From assembly GCA_030649735.1 (NCBI GenBank), contig JAUSFL010000006.1, forward strand, positions 1-18,093: a stretch of 18,093 bases of DNA. Direction: 5' to 3'. Shown here piece by piece: positions 8,460-16,600 of this stretch. Below the pieces are notes generated by a model that saw only the letters and a program-made list of their open reading frames with translations, was not told the DNA's origin and ran no database searches. Made by a program: the position numbers and the translations under genes. The first letter of the stretch is position 1. Each line of letters begins with the position of its first letter. This DNA comes from Candidatus Iainarchaeum sp. (GTDB taxonomy: Archaea > Iainarchaeota > Iainarchaeia > Iainarchaeales > UBA10191).

Positions 8460-9191
8460 TTGAAAATGACAAAACTTTCAAAAACAGCAGGCGGCTTTTC
8501 GCTGCCATTAAGCGACAGGGAAATCAAAGAGCTCGAGCTAATTCCAGAAAAAGAGTACGAAATACTCAAGGCAAGAAAAGGACTCTATGTTTTAATGGAC
8601 AAGCACTTGATAGAGGAAGAATTCCTCACAAAGCTTGACGACAAAATCTTCGCGCTCCTGGAAAAAAGCGCAATCCAGGACAGGGTTGAGGAAAAATTCG
8701 AGAAAATGCTCAATGAGCTCGAATTAAACAGGTTTAACGAGCTCTTAAAGCAGGGAAAAGTCGAAAAATTCAAGGCATCGGAAAAATACAAGAAAGCAGT
8801 GTACAAAATCAGCGAGATTGAAGAGAAAAAAAGCGCGGAAAAGCCGGCACAATCCATTTCCCAATTTTCCAAAGGAAAACTATTCATTACAGTAAGGACA
8901 GAACAGCAGGCACGCGAGCTCAATGACAAGTACGGGAAAGAATTAAAGGACGGGCAACTGAAAGGAATCAAGGAATTCGACAACTCATACTATTTGATAG
9001 ACACTGACTTGCTCAGCGAAAAAAAATCCAAACTAATAAAACTATTGCAAGACTGCAAAAGCGCAAGCGCAGAAGACCTTGCAGTAAAGCTTTCAGTCCA
9101 GCCAGACCTGGTGAAAGGAGTCTGCGCTTTCCTGAAAGAAGACGGCGAAATCATGGAAAAAAAGCGGGGAATTTACAATTACATACCGTGA
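8460..9191 (+). CDS. Hypothetical protein, possible DNA-binding protein (AbrB-like N-terminus, C-terminal winged helix)
   Basis: N-terminus 'KLSKTAGGFSLPLSDREIKELELIPEKEYEI' resembles an AbrB/MazE swapped hairpin; C-terminus 'LIKLLQDCKSASAEDLAVKLSVQPDLVKGVCAFLKEDGEIMEKKRGIY' resembles a wHTH. GAGG at 8454-8457 favours the ATG at 8466 as the start. The CDS is solid; the function is tentative. Confidence 0.7.
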   Translation: MKMTKLSKTAGGFSLPLSDREIKELELIPEKEYEILKARKGLYVLMDKHLIEEEFLTKLDDKIFALLEKSAIQDRVEEKFEKMLNELELNRFNELLKQGKVEKFKASEKYKKAVYKISEIEEKKSAEKPAQSISQFSKGKLFITVRTEQQARELNDKYGKELKDGQLKGIKEFDNSYYLIDTDLLSEKKSKLIKLLQDCKSASAEDLAVKLSVQPDLVKGVCAFLKEDGEIMEKKRGIYNYIP

Positions 9192-9205
9192 GGTGTTGAT
9201 TAAAA

Positions 9206-9415
9206 ATGGCTGAAAAAAACGAATCTAAAAAAATCAAGAAATTAAGGCTTGGAAAAAACAAGATTCTCGCCGGAGTATGCTCTGGAGTTGCAGACTACTT
9301 TGAAGTTGATCCTGCATTAATCAGAATACTCTGGGTTTTGGGAACAATCCTAAGCATTGGAGCAGGAATACTGGTTTACATCATAGCCTGGCTGATAATG
9401 AAAAGCAACAATTGA
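9206..9415 (+). CDS. pspC: PspC domain-containing membrane protein
   Basis: 'KKLRLGKNKILAGVCSGVADYFEVDPALIRILWV...GILVYIIAWLIM' is the PspC domain pattern; GAGGTG SD at 9190-9195. Confidence 0.92.
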   Translation: MAEKNESKKIKKLRLGKNKILAGVCSGVADYFEVDPALIRILWVLGTILSIGAGILVYIIAWLIMKSNN

Positions 9416-9430
9416 AGGCGTTATTACAGT

Positions 9431-9811
9431 ATGAAATGCCTAGTGCCGATTTTAACCAAGCAAGAGTTCAAGCCAGAATTCATTAACGCAATCTTGGACA
9501 AGGCCGATGATTTAGTCCTGCTGGCAGTCATTGACAAGACAGACCTTGCAGGAAAATTCGGTTTTGCAGCAACGGAAATAATGCAAGCCAACAAAATAAT
9601 GGAAGGCATTGAGGCAGAACTGACAAAACTCAAGGTAAAAGTCGAAGGAATTGTGGAATGGGGCTCAACAGTAATCAAAATTGACCACACTTGCAGGCTC
9701 AAAAAATGCGAAACAATCTTCCTCCAAAAGCAAGAAGGCAAATCCTTTGCCGAATTATTGAAAGAGCTCGAGAAAATCAAGGAAAAAAAAGTCAAGATTG
9801 AAGTGCTCTAA
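9431..9811 (+). CDS. Universal stress protein (USP)-like protein, divergent
   Basis: 'MKCLVPI', 'LVLLAVID' and 'VKVEGIVEWG...KIDHTCRLKKCETIFL' follow the USP beta/alpha pattern; the G-2x-G-9x-G(S/T) ATP motif is absent. Confidence 0.65.
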   Translation: MKCLVPILTKQEFKPEFINAILDKADDLVLLAVIDKTDLAGKFGFAATEIMQANKIMEGIEAELTKLKVKVEGIVEWGSTVIKIDHTCRLKKCETIFLQKQEGKSFAELLKELEKIKEKKVKIEVL

Positions 9812-9825
9812 AAAAATTAATGAAA

Positions 9826-10197
9826 TTAAAAAGACTCGGGCGCCACAGTATTCTTTCTTGAATAAAACCTTGAAAGGAAAATAGCCGGCCCAAAAACAAG
9901 CCCAATATTTGAAAACACAAACAAATTCTTAAATTGCACTAATGACAAAGCTTGAAGTACAACAAAAGCCAAACTTAAGAAGTAAAACAATGTTAAAGTG
10001 CTTTCAACAGTTTTGATTCTCTCAAGCGCCACAGACATATTCTTTCTTAAAGCATAAAATTCAACTATTACAGCAAAAGCAGATATAGGAAGCAGAACCA
10101 CGACAAAAGCAAACTGCCCAGATAATAAGAAATACAAAATACTCAAAACCCAAGTTAAAAGGAAGAACCAGCCCCAAATCTTAAAACTATTGGCCAT
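9826..10197 (-). CDS. Hypothetical integral membrane protein (about 4 TM helices), probably co-transcribed with trpS
   Basis: 123 aa with four hydrophobic segments; starts 11 nt after the trpS stop. Confidence 0.75.
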   Translation of the reverse strand: MANSFKIWGWFFLLTWVLSILYFLLSGQFAFVVVLLPISAFAVIVEFYALRKNMSVALERIKTVESTLTLFYFLSLAFVVLQALSLVQFKNLFVFSNIGLVFGPAIFLSRFYSRKNTVAPESF

Positions 10198-10208
10198 CTT
10201 TTAAACCA

Positions 10209-11309
10209 TCATTTTCCAAAAACAATCTCTTTCGCCAGAGGCAGCTTTTCAGCAACTTTGGCCTGGTGCTTTTCAAGGAATTCTTCAACAAACTGGGTAG
10301 TGAATTCCTTGTTTTCAGAGTCAAGTATTTTGCCGGCGCGGTAGTCTTCAATGATTTGATTGAGCTTTTTAGTGTTAGGGTAATGGAAGCGAAGCATTTC
10401 GCAAACTTTGCAAATGTCAGGATTTCCGCCTTTCTCGCGCTGTTCTTTAACTGTGGGCTGGCCGCCAGTAAAAGCGCGCATTATCTTCCTTCGCGCTTCT
10501 TTAGGTGCGTCTGAAAGGAAAATTGCAGTGTCGGGCTCTGAACTGCTCATTTTCTTGCCTTCCTGCAAGCCAGACTGGTGCTTGAAGTAAATGAAAGACG
10601 GCTCTTCAATATTATATTCCCCCAAGCGTTTTGCAATGTCCCGCGTCAAGCGAGCGTGAGGGTCTTGGTCAAGGCCAATTCCAGTGACTGACGGCATTTT
10701 TCCAGAAAATTCTGGAAGCTGGGAATGCAAAATGTCGGCGTATTGCAAAAGATTTGCGGAAATTTTTCCCAAGTCCAAATGCCCATACATTGCCTCGTGA
10801 GTATTTGCGGTTATTTTTTTGGAAAGCTCGAAAGCAAAAGAGTAATAGCGCGCTGGCATTCTGCTTTGGACATAAACGTCTTTTTCAGAAAGCCCCAAAG
10901 CCAATGCGTGAGAAAGATTTTCTACGGAAAATTCCCGCGCTTTCTTCAAAGAAGGCACTTTCTTGTCAGGCCTGCTCACATAACCGTCCAAATCGCAGAT
11001 TGCAAACCTGTTAACTGCACCGCAATCCTTGAAAAACTTGAACAAGTCAATGTCAACCTTGTGTCCAAAGTGAACATTGCCTGAAGAGGCAATTCCAGTC
11101 ATATTGATGAAAGGCTTTTTTGCAATAATGCGATTGAAGACTTTTTCAAAATCCCTGTGCGCAATGACAATATTACGTTCGAAAAAATAATGGGTTAATT
11201 TTGAAGACATTTCTTCAGGAAACTTCTTCAACCCAAATTCCTTGAAAACATGCTCGTAATCGCTGATTTCAGCAGAACCCCAAGGGTCTATAACAGTATG
11301 ATCTTCCAA
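10209..11309 (-). CDS. trpS: Tryptophan--tRNA ligase (archaeal type)
   Basis: 'IDPWG' N-terminus, HIGH variant 'HFGH', 'QYADIL', 'GLDQDPHARLTRD', KMSSS, 'AFTGGQ' and 'GGNPDIC'; TTG start with AGGTG SD. Confidence 0.95.
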   Translation of the reverse strand: MEDHTVIDPWGSAEISDYEHVFKEFGLKKFPEEMSSKLTHYFFERNIVIAHRDFEKVFNRIIAKKPFINMTGIASSGNVHFGHKVDIDLFKFFKDCGAVNRFAICDLDGYVSRPDKKVPSLKKAREFSVENLSHALALGLSEKDVYVQSRMPARYYSFAFELSKKITANTHEAMYGHLDLGKISANLLQYADILHSQLPEFSGKMPSVTGIGLDQDPHARLTRDIAKRLGEYNIEEPSFIYFKHQSGLQEGKKMSSSEPDTAIFLSDAPKEARRKIMRAFTGGQPTVKEQREKGGNPDICKVCEMLRFHYPNTKKLNQIIEDYRAGKILDSENKEFTTQFVEEFLEKHQAKVAEKLPLAKEIVFGK

Positions 11310-11382
11310 AAAAACACCTTTAAAAATTAAACATTTCTTAAATTATAAAGAAAATGCTTGTTTAAAAAAGAATGGTGAAAAA

Positions 11383-11892
11383 ATGGCTTTGCTGGAGAAT
11401 AATAAGGTAGTTGAAAGGGGAAAGCTCGAGAGGGACGCTCTTCACGAGAAAGGCTTTGGGGAATTGAAGGACAAGCGCATTGTGCTTGACTTGTTCGAAG
11501 CCTGCTATTTGATCGAGAAAGAAAAACTCAATGTGGAAGACGCAAAAGGAAAGAAAGTTTCAGCCGAGAAAATAGCAAAAATCGCCTGCTTAAAGGACAA
11601 GAAATGGCATTCAAAATTCGCGGTCTTTGAAGACTTGAGGAACAAGGGATACTGCGTAAAGACTGGATTCAAGTTCGGGTTTGACTTCCGCGTCTATCCT
11701 AAAGGAAAGAAAATGGGCGAAGACCATTCTCAATGGTGCATTAGCGTAATGAACGAGCAGGACAGGCACTCAATGACAGAACTGTCCAGAAAAGTAAGGC
11801 TAGCGCAAAATTTGAAAACGCAATTGCTCATTGCAGTAGTGGACAGGGAAGACGAAGTGAATTACTATCAAATAAACCGGATTGTGCCTTAA
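11383..11892 (+). CDS. endA: tRNA-splicing endonuclease, single-unit (alpha4-size) subunit
   Basis: 169 aa; 'LDLFEACYL', 'VFEDLRNKGYCVKTGFKFGFDFRVY' (Tyr105), 'EDHS' (His115) and 'LLIAVVD...VNYYQINRIVP'; GGTGA SD. Confidence 0.93.
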   Translation: MALLENNKVVERGKLERDALHEKGFGELKDKRIVLDLFEACYLIEKEKLNVEDAKGKKVSAEKIAKIACLKDKKWHSKFAVFEDLRNKGYCVKTGFKFGFDFRVYPKGKKMGEDHSQWCISVMNEQDRHSMTELSRKVRLAQNLKTQLLIAVVDREDEVNYYQINRIVP

Positions 11893-11914
11893 ACCATTGA
11901 GAAAGCCAAAAGCA

Positions 11915-13606
11915 TTATTTCTTTTTCTTTGAGGCAGTACTCGCGCTTCTTGATCTGATGAACATTCTTCCAATGAACAAGACAATGGCAAGCATTCCTA
12001 AAGCAAGCAGAATGACACTAAAGCGCAATGTTGAAATCGCGGATTCTACAGCAAATGCTGTCGGAGCAGAAAAGATTGACGCTCCAGACAAGACAATTGT
12101 TGAAGAGCCCATGTCTGCCTTTACTTCAGCGGCTGTCAAGGCGCGCCTGTAAACGCGCAAATTGTCAATGCTTCCCTTAAAAGCCAAAGAGTCATTGTTC
12201 ACTGCATTTCCAATCCGATACTTTGTGGCGCCTGCAGAAGCATTGTTGAAAAAGAACACTGTTGAGGCAGAGCCCACCCTATAAGTTGGCGTGACTAAAA
12301 CTCCATCAATGTAAAACTTGTTTCCTGAAACGCTAACCACATATGCCAAATGATGCCAATTGGTTTGCCTTTTAGGCAAAGCAATGTAAGCGTCAAATGT
12401 GGGAGTGCATCCGCTGGCTGCACCGCGGACTTCAAAAGCGCCATTGTTTATTGCAAGTTCAAAAGGATTAGTGCAGTTTCCAGAATCTGCAGCAAACCAG
12501 TCATTAAATCCCAAAGTTGTTGAAGACACTTTCACCCACGCAGTTATTGTTCCGGCAGTCAAATTGTCAAAAGAATCATTTGCGTTCAATTGCACGTAAT
12601 TATTTATTCCATTAAAAGAAAGGGCCTTTGAGTATTTTCCATTCACCCAACGGGCTCCAGAGATTGTTCCAGCAAAGCCGTTTCCTGAAGAGTCAGTGAG
12701 ATTAATGCCTTGGTTTTCATTAAAATTATAGGCTGCAACAATGCTGCTTACAGTCGGCATTGTAATGCTTTTTATTGGAGACAATGCAGATTCATTGCCT
12801 GCCGCGTCAAAAGCGCTGACTGCATAATTGTAAGCGCTGCCTGCAGTCAATCCGGCATCAGAATATGACGTGGCAATTGAAGAGCTAACCATTATGCTGT
12901 TTCTATAAATATTATATCCCGCAACTCCCACATTGTCTGTTGATGCAGTCCAAGACAAATTGACTTGCGTTTGGGAAATTGCTATTGCAGCCAGTCCTGC
13001 AGGAACGCTTGGCGCTTGAGTGTCTGGGGGAAGAATGCAAGAAGCATCGCAAGTTCCAGGCAAGTCGCACTCGCTTCCTACCGAACAGTCAGAATTGCCA
13101 AAGCATGCTATTGCATAACCGCAAGTGCTTACTGAAGCATTAGTTATTGCAAAAGTTATTGGCTGGTTTGAACTGTCGGAAAGCGCAACATTTGAAAGAT
13201 TTATCTGTGAGAATCCGGCATTGTCTGCATGAAGCGTTAAAGTTGCCAAGACTCCATTCACTGAAACACCGCCGCTTGCCATCCTAACGCACGCAAACTT
13301 TGAAGCAAGCCCGGTGTTTATTTGCCAAATGCTTGAGTCAGTGCAGAAAACCTGGCCAGCTGTTCCCAAAGCATTCGAAAAGCCCGCGTTCTTGAAAGAA
13401 ATCACGCTTCCATCATACTGAACGTCAAACTGGAAACCGTAAAGATTACTAATGCCTTCAGCGGCAATGGAAACAGTAAAATCTGAATTTGGCGAAGCAA
13501 CAATGCTTGAAGGCTGGATGTAAATTCTTTGGGCTTGAGAAAAGCCGGCAAGAGCCAAAAGAACCAGCAAAACAAACCCAATCTTCAAATTTTTTCTCAT
13601 TTGCAT
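11915..13606 (-). CDS. Membrane-anchored cohesin-FN3-LamG protein (mini-scaffoldin-like), about 563 aa
   Basis: Start reassigned to ATG 13606 (or 13600), giving signal peptide MQMRKNLKIGFVLLVLLALAGFSQA. Cohesin-like domain at about 13127-13531 ('FTVSIAAEGISNLYGFQFDVQYDGSVI...GVSVNGVLATLTL...INLSNVALSD'); 6-Cys linker; FN3 ('DTQAPSVP...LSWTASTDNVGVAGY'); LamG ('AAYNFNE...DSSGNG...GKYSKALSFNG...WHHLAYV...FYIDG...FKGSIDNLRVYRRALT'); C-terminal TM and KKKK tail. Confidence 0.88.
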   Translation of the reverse strand: MQMRKNLKIGFVLLVLLALAGFSQAQRIYIQPSSIVASPNSDFTVSIAAEGISNLYGFQFDVQYDGSVISFKNAGFSNALGTAGQVFCTDSSIWQINTGLASKFACVRMASGGVSVNGVLATLTLHADNAGFSQINLSNVALSDSSNQPITFAITNASVSTCGYAIACFGNSDCSVGSECDLPGTCDASCILPPDTQAPSVPAGLAAIAISQTQVNLSWTASTDNVGVAGYNIYRNSIMVSSSIATSYSDAGLTAGSAYNYAVSAFDAAGNESALSPIKSITMPTVSSIVAAYNFNENQGINLTDSSGNGFAGTISGARWVNGKYSKALSFNGINNYVQLNANDSFDNLTAGTITAWVKVSSTTLGFNDWFAADSGNCTNPFELAINNGAFEVRGAASGCTPTFDAYIALPKRQTNWHHLAYVVSVSGNKFYIDGVLVTPTYRVGSASTVFFFNNASAGATKYRIGNAVNNDSLAFKGSIDNLRVYRRALTAAEVKADMGSSTIVLSGASIFSAPTAFAVESAISTLRFSVILLALGMLAIVLFIGRMFIRSRSASTASKKKK

Positions 13607-13625
13607 TACACTTAATCCTTTTCTC

Positions 13626-13638
13626 TTTTTAAACTTTC
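13626..13638 (-). promoter_or_regulatory. Putative BRE/TATA (GAAAGTTTAAAAA) for the cohesin gene
   Basis: Lies in the 55-nt gap after the dockerin-gene stop, 20-26 nt upstream of the ATGs at 13606/13600. Confidence 0.45.
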
Positions 13639-13661
13639 CCAGAATTTCTGACAAATAATCA

Positions 13662-16600
13662 TTAGCAGGCCTGTCCAAAATTAGCAGCAACTTCCTGCAA
13701 GTCGCTGATGTTCACTCCGTCATTGTCTTTAACATCCGCAGGGTCTCCAGTAGCATTTCCAATCCTTAAGGCAACAAAAACCAGGTCAAAAACATCGACT
13801 TTAGAATCATTGGTCAAATCAAAGCAAGTCCTTGGCGGAGCAACGCCAGTGTATTCGAAAGCGCCAATGTCCCAGGCAGTTCCTTGAGGCCTTGAAACTC
13901 TGTCATAATCTTCGCTAAAGCCCGCAATTGCTGTTCCATTGTTTATTGCGGGGCTTGCTGATTGCAAATGAAAATCAAGATTTGCCGAATCTGCAAACAA
14001 TGGGTTTTGGCCAGTAATGTCGCTTGCATCGCGCTTTGCTGGAGTGATTCCATAAAACAAGTTGGTTCCTTGAGTGAAAGTCCCGCCATTCTCTGCAGTG
14101 AACTGCCAGCTTGCGCTTGCCTCAAAGCCAGAGTAAATTATGTTGTTCCTGACATCGCCAGTAGTGTTTGCGCGGTACCAGACAAAATAAATCGTTGGCT
14201 TTTTCACAGTGCCAATCACATTGTTGTAGACCTTTACGTTTTGAGTGTCTTGAATGACAATTATGGAATTTACAATGTCAATGAAAACATTGTTCCTTAT
14301 TATCCAGTCAGAATGCAAAGAGCCAGTATAGGCATTTCCAATAACTGCCTCGTGGCTGTCCGTGCAAAAATTCTTTTCAAAAAGCATGTTTTGTGCGCCA
14401 GAGCCGAAAGTCTGAAAGCAATCAACATGGCATTTGGTAGTTACATCAATGATGTCACTGGCTGTGCCGTGCATGTAATTGCCCCTGAAAACCCCGTTTG
14501 TTCCAAAAAACCTTGTATAATCACAGTCTCCCAAATATGCGTTGTCTATTTGCTTCTCAATGTCGTTGTTTTCAACCAAATAATTCGAGCCGTCAACAAC
14601 AATTCCTATTTGCGTTTGGTACAAGTGGTTTTGCGAAACTCTTGTTCCATCGCCATCGCCAATGATTCCGTACTTTCCAATGTCATGAATGTAATTGTTG
14701 ACTATTTCAATATTGTTGCCTGCAAAGTCAATTCCATCTCCATTGCCGCCATTGTTTGTGATATCAAAGCCGTCAATAATCAAATTGGAGCCATTAATGT
14801 TAAAGCCAGTCACAAAAGCCTGCTGTTTTGTTTCAGACTTGATTGTGATTTTACTTAAGGAAGTGCCTGATTTTGAAATATTCACAATCCCAGCTCCAGT
14901 GTAATTTCCAGGATAGGCCAAAACAGTGTCTCCAGCAACTGAGGCAGTGAGAGCGGCAGAAATTGTTGAGTATTCTTGCCCGCTTCCAACGCACCGGATG
15001 CTTGTTAAAGCGCAATTGCCGCTTGGTTGTGCTGGAGTTGTTGCAGAAGCCTGCGCTGATTGCGCGCTTTCATTATTTGCTGCATCAAAGGCTGAAACTT
15101 TGTAATTGTAAGTCGTGCTCGGACTCAAGCCAGCATTCTGGAAAGACGTTGTTGCAGAAGAGCCAATGTTCACTCCGCCGCGATAAACATTATAGCCAGT
15201 AACTGCAACATTGTCAGAGCTAGCAATCCAAGAAAGATTAATTTGAGAGCTAGAAGCAGCAGCCGCAGAAAGGCCAGAAGGCACAGACGGAGCAGTAGTA
15301 TCAGGGGCAGTAATAGTGTACACTTGCTGTTTCACAGTTTCAGAATTACTGGCAGCATCAACAGAATAATACCTCAAAATATTGCTTGAAGAAATTGAAA
15401 TCGCGGAAGAATAAGTCATTGACGGGGCACAGCCAGAACCAAGGCAATAATAAGTAATGCCAGACTCGTTCCGGGAAAGCGTAATGCTTTGCGTGCCAGC
15501 GTAAGTTCCCCCTAATGGAGAAGCTGTCGTTACTGGAGGAATAGTGTCTTCAGGAGGAGAAGCGCCAGTAAACTCGTAAGCTCCCCTTGTCCAATTAGTT
15601 CGCGTGTTGCCTTCCATGTCCACATCGTATGGAGCGCCAAGATTTGTTCCAATCATAGTTAATCCGGAAATTGTGTTTCCCAACACATGCAAATTTCCAG
15701 GCACTGAAACAAAAATTGCGCTTGCTGATGGAGCAACTAAAGAATTATTTCCAGCACAATTCCCGCTTGGATCGCTTCCCCCATACTGGATGCATCTCCA
15801 ATAGCTTTGCGCGCCAGTCGGCCCGCCAGAATACCAGTAGGTGCCCCACACATTATTGTAGTTTTCAGTTCCTGCAATGCTGGCGCCGTAACTATTATTT
15901 ATCCACAAATTATTCTTGACATCATAACCAGTCGATCCGTTTATGGAAGCAACTCCAGGATTTGCATTAAATCCATAAATTGTGTTATTATAAAACTTCA
16001 AGCCGTTAATCGTGCCAGTACTGGTGTTATCAATGACTGGGAACGCTGTCGAACCGCATTCAGTGGCGCAAGGCCCTTCAACAAGCTTGAATACATTGCC
16101 GTAAACTTCATGGTTAGTGCCAGTTCCATACAATTGCACAAACTGCCCGGTTCCGCGAATGTCTTCAAAAATATTCCAGCGAAGTATGACTGAACTGGTG
16201 CGGGAAGCCCATCCTTCAGCATGCATTGGAGCAGTAGAACGGTTCCTTGCCAAATAACTATACTGCAAAGTGGCAGTGCCGCCCATTAGAAACCCGGCGC
16301 CTTTAATGTCGTGAATGTACAAGTGGTCAAGCAAGCCGTTAAAAGCACAGCCGCCAACGCACAGCATTCCATGAGGGCCAGCAAGAGTTATTGGCAAATT
16401 AGTCGCGTTTACTCCGTCAATTTCATAATGGGAAATTGTAATGCCTGATACATCATTATCAAAAGTAAAACCTACAGCGCCAGAGCCAGTTGCATCACTG
16501 CGGGAGCGAAAGCCATAGCCAGTAGTTGTCCCATTGTTTGCAGAGCCAGCACCGCAAGAGCCATCAATAGTCCAATAATTTGTCGAAATGTCCCATCCTG

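Noticed and set aside
10395-10420. CKVC in TrpRS as a possible Fe-S or Zn site
   Set aside because: Only two nearby Cys; the further Cys ligands of the four-Cys motif in Fe-S-bearing TrpRS are not present downstream.
13607-13690. 28-aa N-terminal extension of the cohesin ORF given in the track (start 13690)
   Set aside because: It overlaps the upstream gene's end and buries the signal peptide; the interval contains a TATA-like box and AAGGA, which fit a start at 13606 or 13600.
13962-14858. 298-aa plus-strand ORF and the other antisense or alternate-frame ORFs in the track (e.g. 388-597, 3383-3658, 3997-4254, 8585-8983, 9424-9795, 10725-11084, 15807-16193)
   Set aside because: All lie within or largely overlap well-supported genes and have no recognisable motifs; they are shadow ORFs.
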